Assembly: GCF_009914755.1 (NCBI RefSeq)
Contig: NC_060932.1
DNA length: 64,000 nucleotides
Origin: the human T2T-CHM13v2.0 reference genome, Homo sapiens
Strand: one strand, 5' to 3'
Positions 30,946-45,700 of this stretch are shown one piece after another. The notes under the pieces were generated by a model. It was not told where the DNA came from. It did no database searches and worked only from the letters and a program-made list of their open reading frames with translations. The first letter of the stretch is position 1; each line of letters opens with the position of its first letter. A program made the translations under genes and the position numbers.

Positions 30946-32232
30946 TGTGAATTTGTTCCTGTCATCATGATGCTAGCTGGTTATTTTGCAGTCTTGTTTA
31001 TGTAGTTGCTTCATAGTGTCACTAGTCTTTATACTTCACTGTGTTTTTGTAGTGGCTGGTAAGAGTTTTTACTTTCCATATTTAGTGCTTCCTTCAGGAG
31101 CTCTTGCAAGGCAGACCTGGTGGTGACAGATTCCCTCAGCTTTTCTGAAAAATATTTTATTTCTCCTTCACTTATGAAGCTTAGTTTGGCCAGATATGAA
31201 ATTCTAGATTGAAAATTATTTTCTTTAAGAATGTTGAATATTGTCCCTGAATCTCTTCTGGCTTGTAGGGTTTTTGCTGATAGCTCCTCTGTTAGTCTGA
31301 AGGGGTTCCCTTTATAGGTGACCTGGCCTTTCTCTCTGGCTGCCCTTAACATTTTTTCCTTCATTTCAACCTTGGAGAATCTGATTATTATGTGCCTTGG
31401 GGTTGACCTTCTCATGGAATATCTTACTGGGGTTCTCTGGATTTCCTGAATTTGAATGTTTCCTGAATTTGAATGTTCCTGTCTTGCTAGGTTGGGGAAG
31501 TTCCCCTAGATAATATCCTGAAGTGTGTTTTCCAACTTGGTTCCATTCTCCCTGCTTCTTTCAGGTACCCTATAATCACAGGTTCAGTCTTTTAACGTAA
31601 TCCCGTAGTTCTTGGAGGTTTTGTTTACTCCTTTTCATTGTTTTTTTTCTCTCTAATCTTGTCTGCCTGCCTTATTTTCATCAGGATACTCTTCAAGTTC
31701 TGATATCCTTTCTTCTGCTTGGTCTATTTGGCTATTGATACTTGTGTTTGCATTGTGAAGTTCTCATGTTGTGTTTTTCAGCTCCATCAGGTCATTTATG
31801 TCCTTCTCTAGACTGGTTATTCTGATTCATAGATCCGGTAATGTTTATCACGGTTCTTAGCTTCTTTGCAATGAGTTAGAACATAATTTTTTAGCTCAGC
31901 GAAGTTCATTATTACCCATCTTCTGAAGCCTACTTCTGTCAATTCATCCACCTCAGCCTCAGCTCAGTTCTGTGCCCTTGCTAGAGACGTGTTGTGATCA
32001 TTTGGAGGAGAAGAGGCACTCTTTTTGAGTTTTCAACATTTTTCTTTTGATTCTTTCTCATCTTCATGGGCTTATTTACCTTTGATCTTTGAGGCTGCTG
32101 ATGTTTGGATAGGGTTTTTGTGGAGTCTGTTTTGTTGATGTAGTTGTTGCTTTCTGATTGTTTTTCTTTTAGCAGTCAGGCCCCTCTTTTGTAGGGCTGC
32201 TGCAGTTTGCTGGGGGTCCACTCCAGACCCTG
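30946..32232 (-). mobile_element. Inverted primate L1 (mid-age L1PA) piece: ORF2 start, ORF1 and distal 5'UTR
   Basis: Track ORF 31029-31415 (-) is the ORF1p C-terminal half (TPRHIIIRFSKVEMKEK). Confidence 0.9.
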
Positions 32233-33400
32233 AATAATTAAAGCAATCTTGAGCAAAAAGAGAAAAGCCCCATTAAAAGGTGGGCAAAGGAGATGAACAC
32301 ACACTTCTCAAAAGAAGACATTCATATGGCCAACAAACATATGAAGAAAAGCTCAACATCACTGATCATTAGAGAAATGCAAATCAAAACCACAATGAGA
32401 TACCATCTCATGCCAGTCAGAATGGCAATTATTAAAAAGTCAAGAAACAACAGATGCTGGCAAGGTTGTAGAGAAATGGAAACACTTTTACACTGTTGGT
32501 GGGAATGTATATTAGTTCAACTATTGTGGAAGATGGTGGCGATTCCTCAAAGGTCGAGAACCAGAAATACCATTTGATCTGGCAATCCCATTACTGGGTA
32601 TATTCCCAAAGGAACATAAGTCATTGTATTACAAAGATACATGCATGTGTATGTTCACTGCAGCATTATTCACAATAGCTAAGACATGGAATCAACCCAA
32701 ATGCCCATCAGTGATAGACTGGATCTAGCAATCCCACTGCTGAGTATATATTAAAAAGAAAAGAAACAAATATATCAAAGAGATATCTGCATTTTCATGT
32801 TTATTGCAGCACTAGTCACAATAGTCAAAATATGGAATCAAACCTTGTGTTTATCATCTTATGAATATGTAAAGAAAATGTAGCATATTTACACGATGGA
32901 ATATTATTTAGCCATAAAAATGAATTTTTTTTATTTAGAACAATATGGGTGAAAGTAGGGGACATCATATTTAAGTGAAATAAATAATCTCAGCAAGGAA
33001 AGATAAATATAGCATATCCTCACTCCTATGTGGAAGCTGAAAAAGTTTATCTCATGGAGATAAGAGAATAGTATAATAAACACCAGAGGCTGGGAAAGAT
33101 ATGTGAAAAGGAAAGGATGGGGAGAAGTTGGTTAAGAGGCACAAAAATGCAGTTAGATAGAAGGAACAAGTTCCAGTATTTGATAGTACAGTAGATAAAT
33201 TACAGTTAGTAATGTATTGTACATCTCAAAATAGCTAGAAGATAACATTTTGAATGTTCGCGATGTGAAGAAAAGATAAATGTTTAAGGCAATGAATGTC
33301 CAATTACCCTGATTTGACATTGACACATTGTATGCATGTATCAAAATATCACATGTACCCTAAAATATGTATAATAATTTTTTATCAATAACAAAGCAAA
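32233..33400 (+). mobile_element. L1 3' region: L1PA-type ORF2 piece (~32263-32723) fused to an L1MA-type 3' end
   Basis: ORF 32293-32577 gives [11 protein letters not shown]...CWQGC; 3'UTR gttagatagaaggaacaagttc...cacatgtaccctaaaatatg is L1MA-like. Confidence 0.85.
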
Positions 33401-34457
33401 AATGCAAGAAAATTCAAATAAAAATATTAGAATTAGCAGCAAGAAACAACAAACATGGATGAGTATTACTGATATAATATTATGTGACAAATATCTGGAT
33501 AGTAAGCAAAGAATGTCAACATTATTATTAAACAGTAATTGATGAAAAACATTAAAATATATAAATTATAGGTGTGCAAATTATGACAGTGGGTCATTAA
33601 TCAAAACCATTATTAGTAAGTTCTATACAATTATGGCTCAATTAGAACAAAGAAAGAGTGAGAATTTTTGTGATATAATGGGATGCAGAGATAAGTCTAA
33701 ATGAAAAACAGAGACAAAGAGAAGTCACTATGGTTTCTGAATATACATGTGGATGTATGCAATAGGTAGTTAATTCATATGGTATCATGGTATAATAAAA
33801 TAATATTATTTCTGTTTTGTACTGTATGACCACTGTGCATGTCTAAATGTGTCTATGTAGGTGTTTGCAGATATAAATATATGCATTTAAAAGACTTAAT
33901 GGATAGAGTGATAGTATCCTATACATATGTAGCAATTTCCAAATAGTGTAGAATATTAATGAAGTAATATTTGAAAACTGATTAGTTGAGAATTCTCTAT
34001 GATTGAGGAAAGATATGTTTGTAGAACAAAATTATATTGTGACCTAAGGAAAAAAAGAAACATAAATTTATAGTCAGATACATGATAAAGAAAAACAATG
34101 ACAATTCTGCTTATCTAAAAATAAATGTTGAGTGAATTAATAGCACATAGTTTGTGTATATGAAGTTAGAAACACTATATATTTTGCAATGCTAAATAAT
34201 ATTATCACATTGGAATTTTATAAACAGATAACACATCTTTAAAGATTGAGGCCAAAAGAAACACATTTTTAGAAAGGTGATATGAGCATTTACCAGGCAA
34301 AAATACTTTAAAAATATTATTGTAAAACTCACTTAAGGAGACAACAAGTTAAAGATAAATTTGACACATCAAAACCAATGTAATTTATTTGTAAATTGCA
34401 TCTATTATTGAAAGTAAAGTAAAACCAAAGAAAAAAAATTTTAAAAATAGGAAAATA

Positions 34458-34799
34458 CAATTGACTCTCCATATATATGGGCTTCATATCCATGGAGTCA
34501 ACCATATGTGCACTGAAAAATTTGGAGGAAAAAAATGGATGGTTACATCTATGCTAATCATATACAGACTGATTTTTCTTGTCATTATTTCCTAAACAGT
34601 ACAATATTAGATCTACTTACAAAGCATTTACATTTTTAGGCATTATAAGTAATCTACCGATGATTTAAATTATACATGAGGATATGCATAGGTTATATGA
34701 AAATACTATGCAATTTTACATATGGGATTTGAGCATCCATTTTGATATCCGCAGGGAAAAGTCCTGGAAGCAATTTCCCACAGATACTGAAAGACAAGT
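34458..34799. mobile_element. MER2 (Tigger family) DNA transposon
   Basis: caattgactctccatat...catatccatggagtcaacc...gaggatatgcataggttatatg...cagatactgaaagacaag. Confidence 0.8.
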
Positions 34800-37523
34800 A
34801 CACTTCAATGTGGACATTTGTCATGACATTTGCCATGAAAGAGATAAAAGTTATTTGCCATAAAAGAGATAAAATATCTTTTATTTGCCATAAAAGAGAT
34901 AAAATAAAATCAGAACTGCTCTCATATGCCAATAGTCAAATATACAATCCCATTGGCATATGTTTCTCCATTTTAATCCACCAAATTTAGATCATTTTTG
35001 ACAATATTATTTCATCCTCTCTCTTAATTTCATCTGTCAATATAATTTTATCACACATTTTTTACTTAAATCAGTATCAAATGTGAATATGTAAAATTTT
35101 AAATTTAAGGATCAAATAATGAACAATTATCATATTCATGTAATTTTGTCCTTAAGTATATCAGTTGGCTAATTTTTTCATTGCTTTGGCTTTTATGTAC
35201 CTATCACCATATACTTGACGTACTTCCATAAACAGATCTTGTCCAAATACAGACCTCAGATATTCACTTTTTGTTCCTTTCTTTCCTCCTGGGGCTGCCT
35301 CTCTTGGTGTTACATTGGGTTATTCCTCCATTGGATGAAATCGCTCCCATATGGTCCTTCCCTTTGACACTTTTCTGTATTAGATTACATATCTTCTTTC
35401 TTCTTTCCCACCCCAGACCTTAGTTTTCTGGAGAACAGCTTCCAGTAATTTTTTAAGAAAGAAGAAAGCGATTTGGTAGGTAAAATATTGAGCCCCTGTG
35501 TGCTTCAAAACAACTTAATTTTTTCTTTATATGCATAACTTACATATTTCCCTAGAACATGAAAGTATTTTATTCTTTCATCAATGTTGCTATTGAAAAT
35601 CTGATACTGCCTCATTCCTGCGTGGGTGATTTATTGTGGTTCTCTGTGTGTGTTTCTTTCTTTTCCTTTATGGGATATTTAAAATCTTATTTTTACCTGG
35701 CTTTCTAAAATTCCACAATGGTGTGTCCTGTTTTGAATCATTTATCTTATTGTACTGGGCTCCCAGTGTGTCCTTCCACTCAGGACACTTATATCTTCAC
35801 AAATAGACAAGTGTTTGATTGTTCATTTGTTTTAATTTCCACTTTCTGTATAAATGAGTTGAGGCTTGATGATCTATGTAAAATACTTAATAATTAACAG
35901 TGAGAATTTTAAATAGCTGGTACCATGCCCTTTGTGAATGGAGGAGCCTAATTAGCCAGTCGACACTAATAGATAATCTGGTGATGGTTTGCCATGCTAT
36001 TCATCTTGGAAACTTAAGGACAGTGTCTGGAGCTTTTATTCTTCTAGGCCTATTGAGTTTTCCAGTGGTAATACATGAATCTATTATGGGGAAGGGTAGG
36101 ATTGGGAAGACATGTATATTATCAGAAATCTATGAACAACCTGACTGAATGTTTGTTGGGACTCTTTTCTGTAGTCACCTAAGTTACACTATGTCTATAT
36201 TTAGCCAAATTAAGTCTTATATTTCATTTTCCTAAAGTGGAAAATCCCATCCATTATTGTCACTTTTCCTATTCTCTTTGTCCCTGTGAATTTACAGCTT
36301 TTTATATGTCATTTCTATCATTGTAACATGGTTGCATTAAAGAAAGAAGATAAACATAAGTGGTCAATTAATGATGTTTCATCATCCAGTTGGCATAAAG
36401 TGCAAGCAGGTTCATATTTTCTTTTTCCCAATGATGATATAAGCCTTGGTAGTGTAGACAATTGACATCTAAAATGTCTTCTGAAGTAATTAATTATTCG
36501 ACTAAGCATGTATAGATATGTTAGGTAAATTAAGTAAAAATAGTTAGGATTGACACTGAAAATAGTGATTGACAGGCAAGTTTCAACCTAGAAGGCTGAT
36601 GTTATTAAACAGTTTTCAATTGAACTTTACCTTTAACTCTGTCCTTTTCATATCTTATCAGTAGATGGGTTAAGATAAAAAGGCACAATAATAAAAATTT
36701 AGCATGACCTGAAGCTTGTAATGAAAATTTATGTGTCAACTGAAAGATCAAGTTGCAGAAAGACATATCATAAAGTAAAACAATGTGCCTAGATCATAAA
36801 TATAAAATTTAATGAGTTTAAAGTATTTCTTAATGTAAGTTAAACAACTGAAGAATAATTAAAGCACTTAAGATCAATGGATTGATAACGGTTCATGTAA
36901 AATGACATGAGGATTTTAAATGGTCTCTTTAAAAGAGAAGAGAAAATATTTCCACTGCACAATAATAATAGAAACATATTTCTATTTCTCACTTTGATAA
37001 AATAACTTATACTACAGTTGCCATTCCATATGACACAACTATAAAGCTAGATAAACTATATCAGGCACTTCTCACAGTCTTTAGGCAATAAATTATACAC
37101 AACTGTGTTTTTTGAAAGAGAAGAAACACACAATTAAAGCCCAAATTAAAATAGATCAACTCTAACAAAGAATACAACCATCATTATTGGATCAAGTGAA
37201 TTTGTAAAAATTAACTGTCTGCCAGAACAAAATTCAACACCCCTTAAAAGAATACAACATATTCCAGACTTTTCACAATGTATAAACCATAATGTACAGC
37301 ATACAATAAAATATATGAAGAAGTAAAAAAAAAAATATGGCCCACAATCAAGATAAAAGAAGCCAATGTAAGAACCAAGATGACATACAGGTTCACATTT
37401 TTAGGCAATTGTGTAATACACACATTATATGTATGTCAAAGCATTTAATATACAGATGAGAAAAATGAACTACCAGATGAAATATTTCAGTCTCAGAAGA
37501 AGAACTGAAAGTGAAAAAAGGGA

Positions 37524-37817
37524 GTCTGGACACAGTGGCTTATGCCTGTAATCTCAGCACTTTGGGAGGCCAAGGTGGGAAGATTGCTGGAGCCCAAGAT
37601 TTCAAAAGTAGCCTAGGCAACAGAGTGAGACCTCTTCTTTACAAAAAATTTAAAAAATAGCCAGGCATTGTGGTATGTCCTTGTGATCCCAGCTACTTGG
37701 GATGCTAAAGTGGGAGGATCATTTGAGCCGGGAAGGTCAAGGCTGCAGTGAACTATGATCCCACTATTGCACTCCAGCTAGGGCAACAGAGCAACACCTT
37801 GTCTCTAAGAAAAAAAT
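37524..37817 (+). mobile_element. AluJ
   Basis: Diverged dimer with J diagnostics (tgctggagcccaag, ggtcaaggctgcagtgaactatgat). Confidence 0.9.
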
Positions 37818-38184
37818 TTAGAAAGGAAAATCTAAAATAAAAAATTACAGCATATGAAATTGATATATTAAAATGGAAATAGCAGCAGTTTGAAGATGAC
37901 AGAAGAAAATATTAGTAAATGTGAAGAAAAATAACAGAAATTTCAAAATCTGAAGATGCAAAAAAATGGCTAAAATTAAAAAATAAAAATAAAAAGAGAG
38001 AGCCAAAATGACATGTGAGACAACCTAAAACAGTCAAATCTATATGTAAATGATTTTACAAAAAAAAGAGATGAGAGAATGATTTCTTTCATTTCAAAAA
38101 TGCAATATTTTTTAAGATTTCAAAAATACAATATTTTTGAAAAAATAAATGTTGAAGATGTCCCAAATGTAGTGTAGCATAAAT

Positions 38185-38542
38185 TGCTATGGTTTGAATA
38201 TTTATGCCATCCAAAACTCATGTTGAAATTTAATTTACCTTGTGACAGTATTAAGAGGTGGGATCTTTAAGAGCTGATAGGTCATGAAGGCCCCACCCTC
38301 ATGGGTGGGATTATAAAAGGTCCAGTTCAGCTTCTTTTTGTTTCTTTGCCCTTTTGCCTTCTACCATGTGAAGATACAGTGTTCCTCCCCTCTGGAGGAT
38401 GCAGCAAGAAGGGGCTTGTCAGATCCCAGTACCTTGATGTTGGACTTCCCAGCCTCTAGAACTATGAGAAGATGAAAATTTGTTCTTTCTAAATTATCCA
38501 GTCTCAGGTATTCTACTATAGCAGCACAACTGGACTAAGGCA
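38185..38542 (+). mobile_element. MST-family MaLR solo LTR
   Basis: tgctatggtttgaata...aaactcatgttgaaattt...ggacttcccagcctctagaact...ggactaaggca. Confidence 0.85.
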
Positions 38543-38779
38543 TCAACCTACTTATGTAACTTTAGTGAACTCAAAAAAAAAAAAATTTAAAAAAAAGCTA
38601 AAAAATTACAAACAAGCCACAAACCCTATATATATTATTGTAAAATTGCTAAATACCAAAATTAAAGTAAAATTATTACATGCAGCCAGAGAATAAAGAT
38701 CTATTATGTCTAGGGTTTGTCAGCCATTTAAATGCGTGACTACATCTTCATCTTAATTGAAGAGAACATAGCATACTGA

Positions 38780-39178
38780 GAACTTTACTAACAATCTCTA
38801 CTACTTTATTTTCTTTCCCACAATATCTACTCCAAGACTATACTTCCTTGAGGCTCCTTTCTTCTGACACAGCAGGGATAATAGTGCTGGGTCACTCCTG
38901 CATGATGAAGGACTTCTCTAATGAGCAATCTTTGCTCACAAACTGCTTACCAAGCTAGTCAAGACTTTCTTAGAAATCTCCTGCTGTCTAATATTCATAT
39001 TACCCAATTCTTTCTCTCTATCTTTTCACATATGTCAGACTTATATTATGGTCTATAGGTGTTCTTCATCTATGAGCCGCTCCCTCTCAAATTATTCTTC
39101 ATAGGCATTTCTCCCAAATAATCTCTTAAATGCCTATTTCCTCTTGACATACATTTTCCTGGGACCCAAACTGACCCA
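38780..39178 (+). mobile_element. Old ERVL-class LTR (LTR16/LTR33/LTR67-like)
   Basis: 3' end ttcataggcatttctcccaaataatctctt...gggacccaaactgac. Confidence 0.5.
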
Positions 39179-42134
39179 GGGGAACAAACTGAATTTTCAT
39201 TAGAAACAAAGAAGATTAGAAGATAATTGAGTAATAGATCTAAGATGCTAGTATCTCTGAAATCAATTCATTCAGAATAAAATGTCTGAAATATTATTTA
39301 ATAATTAAATTGATTCGGATTTTATACATTAAAAAACATAGCATACTAAAAAAAAGGCCGAGTAATCAGCAGAATTATACTAGAAACATTGCTTAAGCAA
39401 CACTCCTTAGAAGGAAAATGACATTATTTGAGAGATCAGATGTATAAGGACTGAAAAGCCTCATAAATCTTAAATATGGTAATCAATACTAAAAATATTT
39501 TAAAATATTATCTTTATTTTAAAGATAATAAAACTTTTTTAAAAAATAAAGGAAATATAAAGCATACCTAAAATTGAGAATATTTAAGGCAAGTTAGTTT
39601 TTGAAAAGATCCATAAAATTTTTAAGCCCCTAAAAAGCATGATGAAAAAGGATAAAAAAAAATAGCAAATAGCAGTAATGAAAGAAAGGTATTGATACAG
39701 ATTGTATGAATATTAAAGAATAAGGGGAAATTATTAACTAACTTATGCTAATAATTTTTAAAACTCGATGAAATGGACACATTACTTGAAATCCAAGTTA
39801 TAAAACTTGCAGAAGAAATAGAAAACATGAATAGGTTTATAATCTTGTGAAGAAATTGAGTCCATAACAAAAATCTTTCTCAGAAAGAAAGTCCCAATTC
39901 AAACAGTTTTATTGCTGAATTTTTTCAACCAATACTCCTAATGATAGACATAAAAACTATTAATACAATATTAGCAAACTGAATATAATAATGTATAAAA
40001 TAGATGATACATCATAACTATGTGAGGGTAATTTAAATAGTATAATATTGGTTTCCAAATGTTCATTCTTGTAAAAAAATGAAGGACATTATTTCAGAAA
40101 ATACAGAAAAATAGATGACAAAATTCAATGTCTAACCATAGTTAAAACTCGCAGGAAACTAGAAATTGAATTTCTTTAATATGATTTAAACAATCTGACA
40201 ACAACTCTTTAGGTATCATCATGCATATAGCTAATGTAATACACAAAGGTGAAATATTAAACTTATTTCTCTTCAAATTTAGCCCAGGCAAGATGTCCAT
40301 TCTTCATTTATATTCAACTTGATCCTCAAAGTCCTAGTCAGCATAAAAATGGCAATTAGTCCATCATGCAAGTTATAAAGTTTATAAATTAAATAAAGTT
40401 TATTTATTCAGAGTGCAAAATTGCTTATCTAGAATAGTAACATGAATATTAAGCTACTATAATCAATACATTAGCAACATTGTAGCATGCAAGATCATTA
40501 TCCAGAAATAAATTGTATTTTACTATGTTGACGGTAAACAATAGAAATATTACATTTAAAAATGTAATTTACATTTTTCATAAAAACATAAATAATAATA
40601 AATTTAACCAAGTTGAAGTAAAAACTTTCTTCTTGATAAAAATTAAAAGACATTCCTAAGAGAAAATAAACAGGACATAGAATAAAAAGAAAATATGTAT
40701 GTAATGGTCATATATGTGAAAGCCTAGTTTTGTTAAGATATCAGTTCTTCCCAAATTGTTCTGTAGTTTCAGTACAATCTCAATGAAGTTACATGGCACT
40801 GTTTTTTAATAGAAGTTAAAAACTGATTTTAAAACGTATATGGAAATGCATGGGGCATATATTAGCAAGCATAATTATTGAAAATAAAAAACAAAATTTG
40901 AGGAAATACACTACCTGATTTCAAGGGGCAAGAAAACATCACAATATTCAGTGGTATATGGTATTACATTAGGATAGACAAATCAATGAAAGAAAATTTG
41001 ACCCACAATATAAAATTATTTTTCTCAATGAAAAAAAGCCTCTCATCACATATGCTGGAAACATTGAATAATATATTTAAAAATACAGCCCTCAGCTCCC
41101 ACATATTCCCATATATATACTAGAATTAATTTAAGATGAGTCATCAACATGTATGTAAAAGTTAAAACTATAAAGCTTCTGGAAAAAATATAGGAGAAAA
41201 ATGTTTGCAGGAATGGTTTTTTAAAGAAGATCAAAAATCACTTTATAGAAAAGAAAATGGGAAACTCAGCCTTTATCAAGATTAAAATGTCTTCTGATTA
41301 AACAACAGTGTTAAAAAAATGAAAAGGTAAGGCACAGACTGGGTGAAAAGGTTTACAATGCAATATCTATTAAAAAACTTGAATATATTAAAATCAAATT
41401 AATAAGAAATAAAAGCCTGATTACTCAATAGAAACTGGCAAAAGATGTGACTAGGTTTTTCAATGAATGAAGAGAACATAAAAATGACCAATAAGTACAA
41501 GAAAACTCCCCAACACTATTAATTAACAGGAAAATATTCATTGAAATCACATAGAAGTATCCCTTTATATACACTAAAATGGCCAAATTAAAAAGACCAA
41601 CAATACCACATGTGAGTAAGGGAAATATACAATAGAATAACCAATTTGAAAATAGGTATGGGAGTTTCTTTTACAGTTACACATACAGCATTACCCTATC
41701 ATTCAGGATTTTCATTCCTAACCATGAATCCAAGAGAAAGAAGAACTTAGTACCATGAAAATCTTGTAAAGGAAAATTTCCGGCATCTCTGTAAAACCCC
41801 AAACTGGAAACAAAGTGAATGTCCTAATAGAAGAGTGGTCTAATTAAATAACGGAATAGTAATAATTGGTAACACAATAAAACTACTGATAACATGCAAA
41901 AACATGAAATAATCTCCAAAATATTATGTAGAACAAAATAAGTCAGACACAAAAGCATATATACTGTGTAATTTTAGTTATATGAGTTTCCGGAGAAAGA
42001 AGCTGTGGTGGTAGGAAAGGGTTGGTTTCCTCTCAGTAGGGAGAATTGACTGGAAACCACCTAATGGGTTTCTGTAACAGATGCTTAAAATCCACTTTTC
42101 AATTAAAACTTCAGATTTCATGGCAGCAGAGTTA

Positions 42135-42365
42135 TATCAAGTGCTTATTATGTGTCAGAACCTATGCTAAATGCTTCAAATTTATCAATTTACTCTTCAT
42201 AGCAACCCAATAATTTAAATGGTACAATTATCCTTATTTTAAGTAAGTGAGAACTGAATCTTAGAATTTTTAGGTAACTTGTCAATGACTGTAGGGCTCA
42301 TGTTTGGCAGAGTCAGTTCTAGTTAACACAATCTAGTTTAATAGTTTTCCTTTTACTTCTGTGGC
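42135..42365. mobile_element. MIR
   Basis: gtgcttattatgtgtcag...ctcttcatagcaaccca...gagaactgaatcttag...ggtaacttgtcaa. Confidence 0.65.
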
Positions 42366-42639
42366 ATTCTATCTCTTAATAAAGCATAGGGATGTTTTCC
42401 ATGAGTTTACAACTGCATTATATATTTTTAAACCTTAAAGTGTCTGTCTTTGCTACTGTTTTCAAACACTTTAGTAAATAACTGTAGCTCTTGAAATTGG
42501 CAAGTAGCTAAAACAGTGCCCAAGGTTTTCAAGTGTATCAGACTAACAATATCAGAACCTATTTTTATGTTACAATGACAATGAATTTTTTTGGCATATA
42601 GCTGGCTAGAAAATTAATCCTAATGATAGAGGGTTTTCT

Positions 42640-42785
42640 CGTTTTGTTTTTTGAGACAGGGACTCACTTTGTCTCCCAGGCTGGAGTGCAGTGGTGTGAA
42701 CATGGCTCACTATACTGTGGACTTCCTGGGCCCAAGGGATCCTCCTGCCTCAGCCTCTTGAGTAGTTGGGGCTACAGGCATGGGC
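42640..42785 (-). mobile_element. Alu monomer (FLAM/AluJ fragment)
   Basis: tgagacaggg...cccaggctggagtgcagtggtgtgaacatggctcac...ggctacaggcatg. Confidence 0.85.
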
Positions 42786-45700
42786 CAATTACAGCATTTT
42801 TTAAAAATCTAGGAGTTAAAATATCAATAGTAATTTTTGCTAAATATCCAGTAGTTTCCTATGGTATATTTTTCTAATGAATATAAATGGACATTACAAT
42901 CTCAGTTTCAGAATAAATTTCTCAACTATGGTGGATTTGGAAAAACATAACATTATTTGCAATTTACCAGATTGAAAAATTTGACAGCACAGCCTGGAAA
43001 TAATTGCTGATAACTTTTATCCACAGTCTTCTAAATTTGCTATTGCTAAATGCAATAACAAATTTTTAAAATTCCTTAGGTACAATAAGCATTATCTTTC
43101 TTGTAGATTAGATAAATGCACAGGAAGCACTATAAAGGATTACTCTTTGTTTACCAGTCTAGTGAATTAAATTAAGGAATATGTAGCTCCCATTCTGTAG
43201 GGTACTCTGGAAGGCAGTCATGAAAAAGTTACCAGGACACTTAGCCACTTCTGTGATTTTACAAGTCATATGCTTTATCTTGACTTATTTCTTATAAACT
43301 GCGTAGTAATATGGAACTACACATTGGGTTCAGGCATATTAATCTGTGTTTTCCATCTCTGCTTGTAATATAAGATCTTTGATTATTGATGACAGGTTGT
43401 GCCTCTGTGTTTTATAGTATCAGCTGCTTTTAAGTCAAAATGGCACTGAATCTCCTCTTAGTTTTGCAAATCCATATTTTTGTGATTCTTGGAGAGGAGA
43501 AAATTTCTCTTCAGAAAGAAGCCAAGGGAACATAATTCCTCCTTATTCATTGGCAGCAATGGTGAGAAAGTGTTTTCTAGGTTTGGCCAATGAGATGAGT
43601 CCACCAAGAATTTGAATCTTCCTGTGACTCACAATAAATGGAAAATGAAATCAGAATCTTAGTGGTGGTGTTGCAGTGAGGTCAGTGCTGTTCTTATCAG
43701 TAATGTACACGTGCAAGTAAAGACAGGAGTAATTATTAGTAGCAGCATTTATTTTTGTGTTCTCTATCTTGTGAAAACTGTAAGTTGAATTTATTTTAGT
43801 ACAAGTGGTTTGAACACAATCTTAACCTATTGAGCCAGTCATACGAAACCACTAAATGCTAATGACTGTCCTCTTGAAGCTGGGAAAAAAATAAGACATG
43901 TTCCTTTGGGGAAAATAAATATGGTATATGATGAACTTAGAGAATAGCATAAGACAACTAACAATATGCCAAACAAAGACAGAAAAGAAATTAGATAATG
44001 GATCTGAAGCACGAAACTGAATATCTACTTGTCCTTAGTAAATTCAGTGTCTAAAAAACTGGGTAAATAAAGTCAGTCTATTCTTGAAAGAAGTGACTTT
44101 AGAATGAGTTTGTGTTTTTTAGAATGAGAAAAACACAGGGTATAGTACTGAAATGATGTGTATCTAAATGCAAGTTGACGATGGAAGATACTAAGATCAA
44201 CTATTATGAAATTTCTAAGTACTGAGAATATCTCATCTTCTTACTGCACACAGTTTTATACAATATTTTTCTTCCTGTGCATGATCAGTTGATTTTACAT
44301 TTTGGAAGTTCTATACATACACAGCTATGTGTCTAGGGAGAGGAGAAGGTGCTTGTATATGAAGCTCCATCCCTCTGTTTGACACGTCAATAAATATTCT
44401 ATTAATTTAAATTAAAGGGGTACCTCCTTTATTTCAAGGTATATTTGCTTAGAAAGGTGAATATATGAAGATAATGTCAGGAAATAATAATGTGTTTGTG
44501 TAAGAGATGAATGTTTGAGAGGAATTAATCATGATAATGTTTTGAAGAAAACCACAATGAAGCTCATAATTTGAAGAAAACATAATTACATTGTAAAGCA
44601 TTTGTAGAAAACATATAAGCCGATTCTGGTAAATATACTAAAGAAATCAGGAAAGTCACGTCAAGTTCATATATTATTGAGTAAAAATAGCATTTATATA
44701 TTTGAGAAACTTCTAATATTTTAAAGTAATTTTGATAGCATAATTCCATAAAATCAGTCATTTAAACACTAAATCAAATGCCTCATCAATTTTGATAATA
44801 ATTCAGTTGAGTTTACCAAATAATATTTTATTGGAAGTGACAGCAGTCAATCTCAAGACCAATATCAAAAAATGTCAATATGTTTTAGGGATAATTAAAA
44901 TTCTGGTGATAGCTAAATGTTTCTCACTGCAATTCATAAGCTTTTTGTATTATCATGAGGTCCCCTAGCTAGCTGTGCAACACCTGCATTTTAATGCATG
45001 TTATACAAAGAGTCTAGATATTACCACACTGTTGAAATTAAGAATTATATTTCTTGCCTTTCTCTGAAGTGTGAAAAAACATTTATAAGAATTTTATGAT
45101 GGGACTTTTTAATGTCAGACCTATATAACTAAATTATCAACTCTTTACTAAGAGATTCTATACTGAGATTATAACATCTCTACCAAAACAGAGTTATGAC
45201 ATATAATATAAATGGTGTAGAAGAACTTACTAACTTTATCACATTTTAAAAAAGGGAGACAATTTAACAATATTTCCAAATTTTGAAATTTATATGAATA
45301 CATTAGTAAATACTATTTATGTATCATTATTTTCACCTCCCAAAAAATAACTTTAAATTATGCATATATTGGGATATGACATATTTACCACAGCTAATTC
45401 TACTCTTGTATATTGATTCATGGTTTTACTTATTAATGTACTTGGATCAATTTGATTTTCTTAGAAATAGTGATCATACATATTTTACTCTAATATTTTT
45501 ATGACAATCTTTTGAAAATAATTTATGATATTTAAAAATGTATGTATATAGCAATATTTAAAAATAATTATTTTTGGTATTCTGTGAAGAATTCAAATAA
45601 TATTTTAAATTTAATATTATAATAATTGTAATATATATTAAGAAAAAAGTCATTAAAACTTTCATGTTTACTCAGTTATTTAAGAATTCTAATTTAGGAG

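Larger units (their letters stand above)
36990..42060 (+). mobile_element. Old fragmented L1 (L1MC/MD/ME-type) with nested AluJ, MST and ERVL LTR
   Basis: A-rich degenerate ORF1/ORF2 phrases (gatgaaatggacacatt, tacactacctgatttcaag, gttaaaactataaagcttctgg) and 3' end (agtcagacacaaaagcatatatactgtg). Confidence 0.75.
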
